This document shows positions 47,083-58,291 of a stretch of 64,000 nt of DNA, piece by piece (the stretch's first letter is position 1; each line of letters opens with the position of its first letter). Location: sequence record KJ190157, one strand, 5' to 3'. The notes under the pieces are model-generated. The model saw nothing but the letters and a program-made list of their open reading frames with translations, was not told where the DNA came from and made no database searches. Origin of the DNA: Escherichia phage vB_EcoS_FFH_1. The translations under genes were made by a program, and so were the position numbers.

Positions 47083-47525
47083 TTAAAATTAAACTAACCC
47101 ATCCAGATTGTATGCCTAAGATTGGTTCCGAAAATGCTGCAGGTATGGATCTGCGAGCATTCTTTGGTACTAACCCTGCTGCAGATTTACGTGCTATTGC
47201 ACCAGGCAAATCCTTAATGATTGACACCGGTGTCGCGGTGGAAATTCCGCGAGGTTGGTTCGGTTTGGTAGTTCCACGTAGTTCTTTAGGTAAACGCCAT
47301 CTGATGATTGCAAATACCGCAGGTGTGATCGACTCAGATTATCGTGGGACTATTAAGATGAACCTGTTTAACTACGGTTCTGAAATTCAAACTCTGGAAA
47401 ATTTTGAAAGACTTTGTCAGTTGGTAGTAGTACCACACTACTCAACACATAATTTTGAAATTGTTGATGAACTAGGGGAAACTGATCGTGGTGAAGGCGG
47501 GTTTGGAAGCTCCGGAAGCAGATAA
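47079..47525 (+). CDS. dut: dUTPase
   Basis: Motifs AGMDLRA, PRSS, GVIDSDYRG. Confidence 0.9.
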   Translation: MIKIKLTHPDCMPKIGSENAAGMDLRAFFGTNPAADLRAIAPGKSLMIDTGVAVEIPRGWFGLVVPRSSLGKRHLMIANTAGVIDSDYRGTIKMNLFNYGSEIQTLENFERLCQLVVVPHYSTHNFEIVDELGETDRGEGGFGSSGSR

Positions 47526-47754
47526 TTTTAGTGATCCTAATATGGTAGGTATTGATACTAGTATGTCAGCTTATCAGATTAAAACTACTAAACCAGAAAC
47601 GTTTGTGCTAAAAACAGATAAAGAAGGTAATGTTACTTTCTGGGATCCTGAAGGTTTTGTAGAGTTTTGTACTAATACTAATAATGAGCATTTAAAAATA
47701 CTATTAACTATCTATAATCTTGGTATTATAGAAGGTTGTAGAAGCAAGTAATAT

Positions 47755-47795
47755 AAAAACCCCAGCGGACAAAATCCGCTGGGGTTTCTTTTTAC
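47755..47795. terminator. Bidirectional intrinsic terminator between the early (plus) and late (minus) modules
   Basis: 10 bp GC stem ccccagcgga/tccgctgggg flanked by an A-run and a T-run. Confidence 0.7.
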
Positions 47796-47874
47796 TATGC
47801 GTATATAATTATCTATCTGGATTATTGAGCTGGTTCACAAGTTTTTCAGTTCGATTAATTCTTGCTCAAATTTG

Positions 47875-49617
47875 TTAGGAACCATTCGCTTCTTTTAATG
47901 CAGCTAATTCTGCTTCTAGGTTTTCCACCTTTTCCATCAAAGCAAGTATCGCCTCGTGGTGCAGTGCAGCTGCTACACCTGGCGTATTAACAGATTTTAT
48001 GTTATCCAACGTCGAACCGTCGCGCAGAGTAACAGGTGATGACTGAGTTTCAGATACTGCTTCAGGAAAGTCTTTCTCTACATCCTGAGCAATAAATCCA
48101 TACCCAACTGAGCCGTTTGTTTCTAGCACCCATTTAACCCCTTTAATGTTTCGCATCTTAGATAGTGGATCGTTTATACGCTCAATATTACTTTTAATGC
48201 GTTTGTCGGATAAGTTTCTCCATTCTTGACCTTTTGCTATACCATCCGTCCCAAAAAGATAAGATGCAGCTCCTCCGATTCCGTTATAGACATTAAGCTG
48301 TACTCTATCTAACAACGTATTACCGGAGCGAATACCACCAAACATCCAGTTTCCATCGTACCAATCGCCGCTTATAGTGTTTACATAATACCCTTCTGAC
48401 ACATTCGCGTAGTTAATCATTCTGATGGCGTTTCTTTCTATAGCGGCAACTCCAACAGAGTTTAATGGCTGTGCAACGAAGTCTTTTGCTCGTATGTATG
48501 CGTTAACCTGTAGCTCGCCATCAGACCTTAGCGTGCCAATTTGAGTTTCTGCGCTTGGGAAGTACAAAGTCCCAGCTTGATTAAATGACCACTCTTGAAC
48601 CCCGTTTGATATAACTGCACCTTGTTCAGACGTCAATCCATCAATCTTTCCGTAAGATTGCAGATATGCTTGATGCGTAGTAGTTGTGCCAATCTTGTAT
48701 TCTGACTTCACACTACCACCCCTTACAACTGTCCCAGTAGGAGGTTTGACAGCATCAGCGTTTATTACACTCCATGATGTATTTGCCGCAACGAAACCAC
48801 CGGACGCCCGTATTACCCACACCCCGACAAAGTTTCGTGTAAGAATCTCGTCGGTTGATGCTCCGTAAATCGGACTTGACATTGAGGCATTGAAGTCGCA
48901 GGTATTATAACGCCCGGCGAGCGCCGCTGTGCCTGGGGGTATACCGTCTCCTTTTCCTTCCGGAAATACATTATTACTTGCGGTAAAAGAACCGCCTGTC
49001 ATACCTAATACCTGGCCGTAAGTTTGAGCGGAATATGTGGTGAAAAAGCCTGTAATATTAGGCGCAGCAGATTCGAACAGTTGCCCATTTGCACCACTAT
49101 TCCCGCCATCTCCACGGCCATAAAGAGCACGTATTGATCCCTCCTGCACCCCATTCTTATCTGGAACACGAAAAGTTGTTGCTCCGTCACCATTAGAGTA
49201 TTTGCCACGCTGGAATTTATCCGCTAACCATACGGAATCCTCTATAACACCAACCATTTGAGCGTATGCCCAAAGCTCCGGCCAGTCAGCCCTGTTAAGA
49301 AGCTGCCCATCAGAAACTACTTCATAAGGTTGAATATACGCACGGCTATCGCGAAGGTGGAAATCACCAACACCGTAATTCATAACACCATTCATAGTGG
49401 GACCGACTGTACCGGTGTTAATCTTATTCTCTACCCAACGTTTAGTTGCGGCATCATAGTCCCCAACAGGATCTCCCGCAAGAGGGGTGGACCCAATAGG
49501 ACGCACATTTAACCATGCTGCTGCACGGTCTGCAAGATCGGATAAATTGTTGTTTTTATCCATCTTTTCGTCTTTAAGTTTTGTAATATCCTGGGGGATA
49601 TTAGTATAAGTAGTCAT
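47875..49617 (-). CDS. L-shaped tail fibre distal component with C-terminal intramolecular chaperone (self-cleaving S74-like) domain
   Basis: C-terminal region resembles the auto-processing chaperone domain of T5 pb1 and endosialidases as recalled. Confidence 0.65.
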   Translation of the reverse strand: MTTYTNIPQDITKLKDEKMDKNNNLSDLADRAAAWLNVRPIGSTPLAGDPVGDYDAATKRWVENKINTGTVGPTMNGVMNYGVGDFHLRDSRAYIQPYEVVSDGQLLNRADWPELWAYAQMVGVIEDSVWLADKFQRGKYSNGDGATTFRVPDKNGVQEGSIRALYGRGDGGNSGANGQLFESAAPNITGFFTTYSAQTYGQVLGMTGGSFTASNNVFPEGKGDGIPPGTAALAGRYNTCDFNASMSSPIYGASTDEILTRNFVGVWVIRASGGFVAANTSWSVINADAVKPPTGTVVRGGSVKSEYKIGTTTTHQAYLQSYGKIDGLTSEQGAVISNGVQEWSFNQAGTLYFPSAETQIGTLRSDGELQVNAYIRAKDFVAQPLNSVGVAAIERNAIRMINYANVSEGYYVNTISGDWYDGNWMFGGIRSGNTLLDRVQLNVYNGIGGAASYLFGTDGIAKGQEWRNLSDKRIKSNIERINDPLSKMRNIKGVKWVLETNGSVGYGFIAQDVEKDFPEAVSETQSSPVTLRDGSTLDNIKSVNTPGVAAALHHEAILALMEKVENLEAELAALKEANGS

Positions 49618-49627
49618 TAATCACCTC

Positions 49628-49894
49628 TTATGCCCATTTGCGTACACCGGGATTCTCAATAATGAATTGTTCGATGTCTGACAAGTCTATATTATCTCCT
49701 ACTATCCTTATATTTATGTAATAACCTTCTTTACCAATAATAGCAGGGGTTTTACTTTTAGGGTCGTCTACCACAGGGATAAAACCAATTTCATCTATAA
49801 ACACGTTACCGTAGTTTGTCTTAAGCCACCCACTATCAACGACAACATCCAGATAATGTTTTTCATCCTTGAATTGTAAATTAATATCTTTCAC
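49628..49894 (-). CDS. Hypothetical small protein (88 aa) between the two fibre genes
   Basis: ORF. Confidence 0.4.
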   Translation of the reverse strand: MKDINLQFKDEKHYLDVVVDSGWLKTNYGNVFIDEIGFIPVVDDPKSKTPAIIGKEGYYINIRIVGDNIDLSDIEQFIIENPGVRKWA

Positions 49895-52345
49895 TTAAAC
49901 TTTCTCCCGCATTTGACTATCTGTTAATACTCTATTCCATATTCTAAGGTTTCGCACATGACCATATAATTTAGTTGAATCGGAGGGTCTTCCTCCTATC
50001 TCCAGCAAGGAATCCGGAGGTAGCCCTTCCCACGTTGAACCGGAGGATGTTATATTCTTAAGACCATTCAAAAACGATGTTACATCTCCATCTTTTGTAT
50101 GAATGAACCCCCATATAGACGGGACACCTACCCCACTAAATGAAGATCCGTTCGATCCTATGGAGGTTCCAGTTTCTTTATTTAAAAAGTAAACGCTGGG
50201 AACCCTTGTACCTATGACAACTTCGGATACAAAAGATTCACCAGCAGTATTGTAACGGTTGTTATCAATTATCATCGGGTATGTATTATCCAATTGAAAG
50301 CTATCCCAGTTAGTGCTTACCTCAACAAGGAATGAAATGTTCAACCCTGAGAAATTATTTCTTGCGGGTATAGTAACATAATCTAGAGCCCTTGTTGCAG
50401 GAGTGCTTCCCGTAATAATGAAGGAGGATGCACAAAAACCCTTTTCAAATTGTGGAGTACAAAATGATATCGTGTCCCCAACTTGCACAGGTTGATCATT
50501 ATTCCGACAATAATTTACAGATCCAATAGAACTACCTCCACGTTCTACAAATTTACACATAGCTTCAACTTTCAACCATCCGTTGTCTTCTCTATATATT
50601 CTATGTGCTATAGTCCCTCTCCCTTCTACTATAGAAGAAACTTCGCCGGTTTCGCAATTTATGAAAGATCTAGCGCCGAGAATAAGACCCCCATCCTCAC
50701 CTACTAAATAAAATTGTGGGGTGATATAGATATCCAAGTTTGCCTTTACTCGTATAGATAAAGAAACGTATTCATTTTGCTGACAGTTGATTGCATTTAC
50801 TGTTTCACAATAAAATAATGGGGGATACTCACCTTGTGACTTTTCGTTTGCTGTCGCCGTTGCATATGCAAAACCATACTTATCGACATTATAAGTAACA
50901 TCACTACGGTATTTATCTGTATTTAATGAAGCGGGGTCATTACTGAAAGTAATGTGATTTGTCCTCTGGCCCTCAATCAAGAGTCCTTGCTTTTCAAATC
51001 TAGGTTCATCGATATTAGCAATGCAAAATTCACCATGCTTATTTATGTATGTTGCATTTGACGCACGTGAGAAACTAACAACCTTATCAGAAGGCATTGT
51101 AATAACATCTGCACCAACTGTTATTTTCTTATAGCCGGGTGAGTAACCTGCTAGCATATCAAGCGAGTCATTAAATGGAATCCATACGTCAGGGAATGGT
51201 TGAAGATCCGGAGCCCTGTTAGCTGCAATTTCCGCACGGTCTGCTTCTGCTTTTGCACGGTCTGCTTCTGCTTTAGAGCTGTTTGCACTACCAGCAGCAT
51301 TGCTAGCTTGTTGCCCGGCCTCAATAGCACTATTACCAGCTTGTGTAGCAGAAGCAGCAGCTTGGTTTTTTAAAGCTGTTGTATCAGATACCGCGCTATC
51401 CTTAATACCTTGTGTATCCGTTTTTAATTGCTCAACATCTGCTTTTAAAGTTGTTATCTCGGATACCGCGCTATTTTTAATGGCCTGGGTATCAGATTTT
51501 AACTGTTCTACATCCGCTTTTAAAGCTGTTGTCTCTGTTACAGCACTATTTTTAATGGCCTGGGTATCAGATTTTAACTGTTCGACATCTGATTTAAGTC
51601 CTTGAATAGCAGCTACAGATTGGCTGGCAGAAGTTGCAGATCCCGCAGCATTAGTTTCACTAGCCTTAGCTTTTGTTTCCGAGGTTTTTGCATTGGTTTC
51701 AGAGATTTTTGCCGCAGATGCCGATGCAGCAGCTTGCCCAGAAAATATTTCCGCCTCATTCCTAAAACCGCTAGAATCATCCGCTGATTGAGCTGCATTA
51801 GTCTCACTGACCTTTGCGTTACCCTCGCTAAGTTTTGCATCAGCCGCTGATTGAGCTGCATTAGTCTCACTTGCCTTTGCATTAGTCTCACTAATTTTTG
51901 CAGCAGCAGCTGATGCGTCAGCGTTAGTTTCACTAGTCTTTGCATTAGTTTCACTAGTCTTCGCATTAGCTTCACTAGTCTTCGAGTTAGTCTCGGATGT
52001 TTTAGCTGCGGCAGCGGATTCTGCAGACTTATTGGCTGATGCTGCAGACTGAGTAGCAGAAGTAGCTGATTGAGTAGCAGAAGCTTCTGAAGCTCCAGCG
52101 GAAATAGCAGCATCATTTTCAGATTCTTTAGCATTAAGTTCTGAGGTTTTAGCAGCTACTTCAGAATCTTTTGCAGCCGCAGCAGATTTAGCGGCGGCCT
52201 CTATAGAAGATACTAACTCATTAGCAGTAATAGAGCTAATAGAATTTCCAAGAGTTACTGTGTATCTAGGAAATTTACTAGCAGTAGTTTTAGTATCATC
52301 AATATTTAATATTTGTTGTACAATAATCTTAGTAGTTATTGCCAT
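49895..52345 (-). CDS. L-shaped tail fibre proximal component, rich in tandem repeats
   Basis: Coiled-coil repeat block of 25 aa (x3), 7 aa KTSETNA repeats, C-terminal beta-rich domain. Confidence 0.65.
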   Translation of the reverse strand: MAITTKIIVQQILNIDDTKTTASKFPRYTVTLGNSISSITANELVSSIEAAAKSAAAAKDSEVAAKTSELNAKESENDAAISAGASEASATQSATSATQSAASANKSAESAAAAKTSETNSKTSEANAKTSETNAKTSETNADASAAAAKISETNAKASETNAAQSAADAKLSEGNAKVSETNAAQSADDSSGFRNEAEIFSGQAAASASAAKISETNAKTSETKAKASETNAAGSATSASQSVAAIQGLKSDVEQLKSDTQAIKNSAVTETTALKADVEQLKSDTQAIKNSAVSEITTLKADVEQLKTDTQGIKDSAVSDTTALKNQAAASATQAGNSAIEAGQQASNAAGSANSSKAEADRAKAEADRAEIAANRAPDLQPFPDVWIPFNDSLDMLAGYSPGYKKITVGADVITMPSDKVVSFSRASNATYINKHGEFCIANIDEPRFEKQGLLIEGQRTNHITFSNDPASLNTDKYRSDVTYNVDKYGFAYATATANEKSQGEYPPLFYCETVNAINCQQNEYVSLSIRVKANLDIYITPQFYLVGEDGGLILGARSFINCETGEVSSIVEGRGTIAHRIYREDNGWLKVEAMCKFVERGGSSIGSVNYCRNNDQPVQVGDTISFCTPQFEKGFCASSFIITGSTPATRALDYVTIPARNNFSGLNISFLVEVSTNWDSFQLDNTYPMIIDNNRYNTAGESFVSEVVIGTRVPSVYFLNKETGTSIGSNGSSFSGVGVPSIWGFIHTKDGDVTSFLNGLKNITSSGSTWEGLPPDSLLEIGGRPSDSTKLYGHVRNLRIWNRVLTDSQMREKV
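51365..51600. repeat. Roughly 75 nt tandem direct repeats (about 3 copies) inside the proximal fibre gene
   Basis: Repeated taaagctgttgtatcagataccgcgct... units encoding ALKADVEQLKSDTQAIKNSAV. Confidence 0.6.
51640..52000. repeat. 21 nt tandem repeats inside the proximal fibre gene
   Basis: Repeated tttgcattagtttcactagtc-like units. Confidence 0.55.
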
Positions 52346-52767
52346 TATCTAGTTACCCCATCACTGATAAATACTTTACCCTCCATTATACGAAAAGAGC
52401 TAATAGCTGATCCTATGACATCTCGTGTCATAATTATATCATAGTATCCTGCAAAACGTTGGCGAGGGTTATACTTATCTCTCTCTTTGGTAGCTTTTTC
52501 GCCGATATTATCTACCGCCTCTACAGGTAAACTTATAGCTATAGCACCTTGAGCAGCATCAATAATTTTAGTAGTAAAAGATGCCAAAGTTTCCGCGTCC
52601 TCATCAAGCCCGGCCTTTATAGTACCCCTTAGGGAATACCCTGTTAAGTTAACAGGGGTATTTGTAGGTGGATAAGTACTATCATCAACATCTAAGAATT
52701 GCATCATTAGACCATAAGGTACTTTCTCATCTATCACTAAGTCTATAACTCTATTTTCAGTACTCAT
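52345..52767 (-). CDS. Tail collar protein (T5 p132-like by position; 140 aa)
   Basis: Position between the fibre gene and pb4-like gene; naming is from memory of T5 gene order. Confidence 0.5.
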   Translation of the reverse strand: MSTENRVIDLVIDEKVPYGLMMQFLDVDDSTYPPTNTPVNLTGYSLRGTIKAGLDEDAETLASFTTKIIDAAQGAIAISLPVEAVDNIGEKATKERDKYNPRQRFAGYYDIIMTRDVIGSAISSFRIMEGKVFISDGVTR

Positions 52768-52773
52768 TATTTA

Positions 52774-54846
52774 TTACCTTATATGGATATACCCACTATT
52801 TAGGTCTATCTTCATCTTGTAGTATGCCTCAGGGTTTCCGGATAATGCAGCGTTCCTATCATAAATGATGTTAACACCGATCTGGGATAAAAAAGCATTT
52901 CCTGCTACAATTTTATCTGCCGTCACCGTTCCGTTAACAATCATGTTTCCGTGGAGAACCATTGCAGGGTTAACCCACCCAGATCCATTCCATTGTCTGG
53001 TAAATGCTGATTGGGGGGCATTACTATTAAATTCAGTTAATACATCGTATTTAACTGGTGGAGAACCGAAGTTACTTTGAAAGAAGGAATTAGCTTGTCC
53101 ATCATCCCAACCACCTAAACCTGCTATACCTACAGAATACATCCCAGGACCACGTTGTCCATCATGCCCTATAGTACCTTCAGTACCACTCCACTGAACT
53201 ACATCCGACCAGCTAGTACCCTCTAATAACCTATTAGTAACTGGATCAAGCGTACCTGTAGTGGCATAGATATTTTGTGCCATATCTGTACGGTTAGGCG
53301 GAGTTTTTGACCAACCAGGAGGCGGATAATCTTGTTCTAGTGGTTTAGCAGGTAGAGATGTTGCTAACTTATAAACAAATACTGTTTGCTTACCTTGCAT
53401 ACCAGTACCCAGATCTACATCGCCATTAGGAGTTCCAATTACTACACCACTAGAGATACGCAAAGTAGTACCATCATAACGTATCCATTGTGTAGCGTTA
53501 CCAATGTCTAGTTTAGCTTTGGCAGAAGTATTATCCATACCCATCCAAATACCGGAGTTATTATCACCCCAAGATTTACCTTGAGTGTAAATTGCTGGAT
53601 TATCCTTACCAGATAAGTTAGTCATGATAAAGCTCGCAGCATTAATATCTCTAGTAATTACTTTACCATCAACGTTAACAACACGGTTTATAGGGTCAAA
53701 AGAAATAGGTGCTTTTCCTTCTTCATCTAGCAGACCAATGTTAATAGCACCAGTAGCTGCGTCGATTAAGAATGTCTGTCTCCAGATTTCTCCATCTTTC
53801 ATGCTGCCCTTAATAAAGGCATAGTTAACATCAATACCAGTCTCATTGACAAAGCTGTTGTCTAGAGGAGTATCTTCATTTAATATAAATGTTACAGGAG
53901 CTGATTCTGTTATATCTTGCTTATTTGGTCCCCAGGCAATTGATGATACCTTAAAAGTATGCTCAACTTTCCACGGGAATGATATAATCGTTGCAGCTCT
54001 AGCAGCCCCAACGTTTATCTTTTGAGCTTTAGCCCAGCCAGTCTTAGCGTATTCTTCAGAGTTTATATAAGTAACCAGAAATTCACGGACATTAGCACCC
54101 GCACCACGTTCCCAGTCCCACTCTATTCTGACATCATATCGTTCCTTACCATCTGCAATTCGTGCAGCTTTAAAGGCAATGTTAGTAGGTGCAGTAGGTG
54201 GTACAAAATTATAAGCTACAGTGAAAATGCTAGGATATTCATAATAACCAGATGAGTCAACTGTAACACCATCTGGCATCGTAATTTGACCAGATATTCT
54301 GATCTTATAGTCGCCAACAGGAACACCACCAAATTTGATAGTAGGTCCCAGTGCGCCTATATAATATTTAACCCATTCACTATCTTCTGATGCAGTACTT
54401 TTTAATTCAATAGTGCAGTAACTAGCTTCACCAGCAGTCTCTACAACAACTATTGGAGCACCAACACCAACGTCAACGGGTTCTGATTCAGATCTTGCTG
54501 CAGTAATTATTGGCTTTTCCTTTGTTCTAAAGTTAGTTTCATTAGAGAGGTTGATACCAATCTTAGCTTCCAGTAACTCTGAGTCAATAATTGAGTCATA
54601 GAAAGCCCCCTGAATCTCATAGGAGGTAGAGGGGGTTAGATTATTAATCATTACGAAGAAAGTATCTATACCGGTGTAATCACGTCTATCTATACTTTCT
54701 CCTATTTTTAACCAAAAAGATCTACCAATAACATCATAATCAGTATAAATGGAGTGCTGGACATAAGCCAAAGTATATCCAGTCATTATACTATTTAAGA
54801 CCATTTTGGCTGGTGCATTATTTGAAATCATTAAATGGATGCCCAC
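52774..54846 (-). CDS. Baseplate central fibre protein (T5 pb4-like, 690 aa)
   Basis: Size and position downstream of the hub gene. Confidence 0.55.
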   Translation of the reverse strand: MGIHLMISNNAPAKMVLNSIMTGYTLAYVQHSIYTDYDVIGRSFWLKIGESIDRRDYTGIDTFFVMINNLTPSTSYEIQGAFYDSIIDSELLEAKIGINLSNETNFRTKEKPIITAARSESEPVDVGVGAPIVVVETAGEASYCTIELKSTASEDSEWVKYYIGALGPTIKFGGVPVGDYKIRISGQITMPDGVTVDSSGYYEYPSIFTVAYNFVPPTAPTNIAFKAARIADGKERYDVRIEWDWERGAGANVREFLVTYINSEEYAKTGWAKAQKINVGAARAATIISFPWKVEHTFKVSSIAWGPNKQDITESAPVTFILNEDTPLDNSFVNETGIDVNYAFIKGSMKDGEIWRQTFLIDAATGAINIGLLDEEGKAPISFDPINRVVNVDGKVITRDINAASFIMTNLSGKDNPAIYTQGKSWGDNNSGIWMGMDNTSAKAKLDIGNATQWIRYDGTTLRISSGVVIGTPNGDVDLGTGMQGKQTVFVYKLATSLPAKPLEQDYPPPGWSKTPPNRTDMAQNIYATTGTLDPVTNRLLEGTSWSDVVQWSGTEGTIGHDGQRGPGMYSVGIAGLGGWDDGQANSFFQSNFGSPPVKYDVLTEFNSNAPQSAFTRQWNGSGWVNPAMVLHGNMIVNGTVTADKIVAGNAFLSQIGVNIIYDRNAALSGNPEAYYKMKIDLNSGYIHIR

Positions 54847-57680
54847 TCCACAGACTGTTCTCCATCATCCCCTTCAGCCCTAATACGAAAATACAATTTT
54901 CTATTTATACCTAGAGCACCACTGTTCTGGAGAGCAAAGTCTGCCTTATTATACGTTAATAAATAGTCATAAGTATACTGATTTTCAATACGTACACTTC
55001 TTAACATCCTATTTTGTGAATCGTGTATTTCAAGGGTATAAAATATACTCTCTATTATATCTTCTTCAGGTATTCTATCCCAGGCTAGTTTCACATCTGG
55101 GCCAACAAACTCAGTTACATCTCCGGAAGCAGTATTAGTTACCCTAAAATTAGATACTACACTAAGGTTTTTAGCAGAGTTAAGTTCTATAGACAGAGTC
55201 ACCGGGGAACTTCTTCTACCATTAATATCTACTGCCCTTATCTCAAATATAGCCAGACCTGCTGGTTCTCCAATTATTTCTTGGATCATACGTTCGTTAG
55301 GGTTGGTCTCTAACTGTTGTACTATGTAAGGTTCGGCATGGCCTGAGTGCACGATAGAGTAATAAACTACATTATTGGTTAGACTCGGAAGCCAGGATAA
55401 CTCACCATTTTTACCTATAGAACCAACTAAGCCACCGGGTGTAGGAGTATACTTAAAATCTCTAGGAGGAAGAACATTGTTACTAATATCTGGTATATCA
55501 TTACCGCTATTATCAACCTGCTCAGAGTTAATGAATACATCTTCTCCATACTCCTGTAGAGTAACATTTATCTTACCCTCTCTAGAGTTTTCAACCTCAT
55601 CAACTAGGAAATACTTTTTGTCCCATCCATAACGATCATATGTGAATGCAATAGCATCATTAGGCTCAATACCAATGAATTGATATGGCAATGAGAAAGA
55701 AAGTGTTCTTGAGTATCTGGATTTCTTAAGTTCTCTATCCGCAAAACTTCTTGCAGTATAGTAATTAGTAATATTAGCAAAAGATAGTTGTAATTTTTTA
55801 TCCAGGTTCTTGTCCTGTTCCTTATACTTGGAGTTATAGAATGTAATGGAATTAGTTTTCCAGCTAAGGGCTGGGTCTACGATAGATGCTTGAACTGAGT
55901 TGAATTTATTTCTACCAGTAGTATCTGATAGCTCCAAATCACCATAAGTATCTAGAAAATTAATCTCTAATGGAGTATTAGAGTATTTTTCTACAGTAAC
56001 CCTGTACTGGCCAGATAAGTTGTTAATAGCCCCACCGTAGGACTCTAATAAACCTTGCACATTTTTAAATACTGATTCAGATGTATCCAGAATAGTATTC
56101 ATTTGTACTATTTGTCTATTTTCTGCTAGTGGATCAGTCCACCCAACGTATCTCCAATATGGCTGCCAAGATACCTGATAGGATTCATCTATAATATCTA
56201 AAATAGCTGCTTCCTGTATTAATTGCTGAAGGGGGAACTGATCAATGGTAATATTAGCGCCATATCTATCAGAGGTTAAGTAATCAAGTGTTTGCCAAAT
56301 ACCATTTAAACTAGTACTATTAGCAGTTACTCTACCATCAGAATGATAGACTTTTACTTTTTTACCTTGAATTTCAGCACTAACTTCAGGAATCTCAGTC
56401 CTATTTTCATTAATAGTGAAGCGCACCACTGCGTATGCAGTATCTAATAGTTTATACCTAGCATCCCAGTACTCCGGTCCATTGCCATTCATATTCTGAA
56501 GGTAGAACCCACGTTCTTTAGCTATATCTACTAGTACTTCAGAAGCCGTTTGATCAGATTTTCCATGATACGTCCAAATTCTTATGTCACCATTACCATC
56601 ATTATACTTATATTCCTGCCCATGCACGGAAGGACTACTAGAAGGTGTTCCTGACGCTATTCTTTGCATGGTGTCCCCAGCCACTTTTTTAGTACCAAAG
56701 CAGGTTCTAGCGGAGCTATCATTAGCATCTACGCAGATCATAGGGTTATCACCAAAGGAGAAATCAAGAAAACCATCAATCTCCCCCTCAGCAAAGGCAT
56801 ATACGACATAAACTATGTTGGGATTGTGTAGTTCTGTATCAGCAAAAATGGGTATTCCAGGAATTTTTTGAACTCCATAAACCACCGGTATGTATTTAGC
56901 AGCAAGGTTAAAATCTATATCCACTTCCTTAGTGACAGTTTCATAGTATTTTTTAAGGCTGTAGCTTCTAGATAAACCAAATAGCTTTTTCTTAGACTTT
57001 AGCTTGTATCTTTCTTCCTGTACCTGATATTTTGCTAGAATAGAGATACTTTTATTGGCATGAAAGAACCCATAATCTTCTTGGTATTCAAGTCTTTTAG
57101 CCCCGTTAGATGGAACTAACTGCCCTGCTACAACCTCAAGCCCTCTATGAGAAGCATCATCAGTAAATCTACCATTAACCCTATCAAAATCATAGAACTG
57201 GTTAGAACAATTCCAAGTAATTGTGGATGTTCCAACCCCAGAAGTACTAATGTTGTCCTTAATACCACCACCGGTAATTCTTCCTCTAAAGTATAATAAA
57301 GGGCCATTTGTGTCTGGGTCTACCGGTAAAATAGAACCATCTTCTGTAATAATTGCTTGGTGGATTGATACTATTCTATCTAAAAAGGACACACCATTCT
57401 GCACTAATTTAAGTACTTCATCCTGCGCTGTACCTGTAATAGTAAAAGATAGACTGCCAATAGATAAATCTCTATTTTGTTTATGTGTGCTAATGGACTT
57501 AACCTTACCGGCCTGGTACAAAATACCATTATATAGTACATCTCTAAAATAATCAGTTAAATAAATAAAAGCAGTACTAGTACCAGTAGAGCCAGGTAAT
57601 TCTAGGGAAATTAGACTAGCAGTTTTTATTCTGCTATTATTTTTTAAGTAGTTTCTAGCACTATCTAGTATTTTCTTCAT
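54831..57680 (-). CDS. Baseplate hub protein (T5 pb3-like)
   Basis: 949 aa, the length recalled for T5 pb3; sits between Dit and the central fibre. Confidence 0.65.
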   Translation of the reverse strand: MKKILDSARNYLKNNSRIKTASLISLELPGSTGTSTAFIYLTDYFRDVLYNGILYQAGKVKSISTHKQNRDLSIGSLSFTITGTAQDEVLKLVQNGVSFLDRIVSIHQAIITEDGSILPVDPDTNGPLLYFRGRITGGGIKDNISTSGVGTSTITWNCSNQFYDFDRVNGRFTDDASHRGLEVVAGQLVPSNGAKRLEYQEDYGFFHANKSISILAKYQVQEERYKLKSKKKLFGLSRSYSLKKYYETVTKEVDIDFNLAAKYIPVVYGVQKIPGIPIFADTELHNPNIVYVVYAFAEGEIDGFLDFSFGDNPMICVDANDSSARTCFGTKKVAGDTMQRIASGTPSSSPSVHGQEYKYNDGNGDIRIWTYHGKSDQTASEVLVDIAKERGFYLQNMNGNGPEYWDARYKLLDTAYAVVRFTINENRTEIPEVSAEIQGKKVKVYHSDGRVTANSTSLNGIWQTLDYLTSDRYGANITIDQFPLQQLIQEAAILDIIDESYQVSWQPYWRYVGWTDPLAENRQIVQMNTILDTSESVFKNVQGLLESYGGAINNLSGQYRVTVEKYSNTPLEINFLDTYGDLELSDTTGRNKFNSVQASIVDPALSWKTNSITFYNSKYKEQDKNLDKKLQLSFANITNYYTARSFADRELKKSRYSRTLSFSLPYQFIGIEPNDAIAFTYDRYGWDKKYFLVDEVENSREGKINVTLQEYGEDVFINSEQVDNSGNDIPDISNNVLPPRDFKYTPTPGGLVGSIGKNGELSWLPSLTNNVVYYSIVHSGHAEPYIVQQLETNPNERMIQEIIGEPAGLAIFEIRAVDINGRRSSPVTLSIELNSAKNLSVVSNFRVTNTASGDVTEFVGPDVKLAWDRIPEEDIIESIFYTLEIHDSQNRMLRSVRIENQYTYDYLLTYNKADFALQNSGALGINRKLYFRIRAEGDDGEQSVEWASI

Positions 57681-58291
57681 AAACTTTCCCGTAAATTTAA
57701 TGAGATGCCGGAATATGTTCCGTTATTATTTAATGTAGATCCGAAAGCATCACCATTCATGAGTTTTGTTCTAAATAGTATTCCGTTAAATACGGGTTTC
57801 TCAGCCCCAGTAGTAGTTATAAATAAATCAGGATATAAGTTTATAGACCACGTATTACCTGATTTATTGAATGATGTTATTTTATATACTTTTGGATGGT
57901 TAGATAGCTTAAATAGATCCCCTGGTTTTGGAGTACCGATAAGAAGTCCTTTTGTATCCATAGTTATATTAGAACCCTTCTGTCCAGCAGGTATATTTAC
58001 TAGACTAGTATTACCTCTAACTCTAAAAGCTTCGTATTGTGGTAATATAACATCTATATAACTACCAGTCCTTTTGTATTCTAGAATAAAAGCATCTAGA
58101 ACATTATATTCATCTGGAAATAATTCTGGATAAGAAATATTTATACCCCAGTATTGAGCAGATACCTTAACTTCGTTAACTTTACCATTTGGTAACTCAT
58201 CACGAATTACTGGGTCATTATCAATCAGGTTAACACTTTCGAATCCTAATCCTGAAAGTTCTGGATTCGTGTATGGGTCTGGTAATCTCAT
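57677..58291 (-). CDS. Distal tail protein Dit (T5 pb9-like)
   Basis: 204 aa immediately downstream of the tape measure gene. Confidence 0.6.
   Translation of the reverse strand: MRLPDPYTNPELSGLGFESVNLIDNDPVIRDELPNGKVNEVKVSAQYWGINISYPELFPDEYNVLDAFILEYKRTGSYIDVILPQYEAFRVRGNTSLVNIPAGQKGSNITMDTKGLLIGTPKPGDLFKLSNHPKVYKITSFNKSGNTWSINLYPDLFITTTGAEKPVFNGILFRTKLMNGDAFGSTLNNNGTYSGISLNLRESL

Noticed and set aside
47542-47751. Small plus-strand ORF after dUTPase (part of track ORF 47488-47751)
   Set aside because: No convincing RBS and it partly overlaps dut; may be real but support is too weak to annotate.
51300-52134. Several ORFs (61-173 aa, both strands) within the proximal tail-fibre gene
   Set aside because: Artefacts of the tandem repeats and biased composition; the 816 aa minus-strand ORF is the coherent gene.
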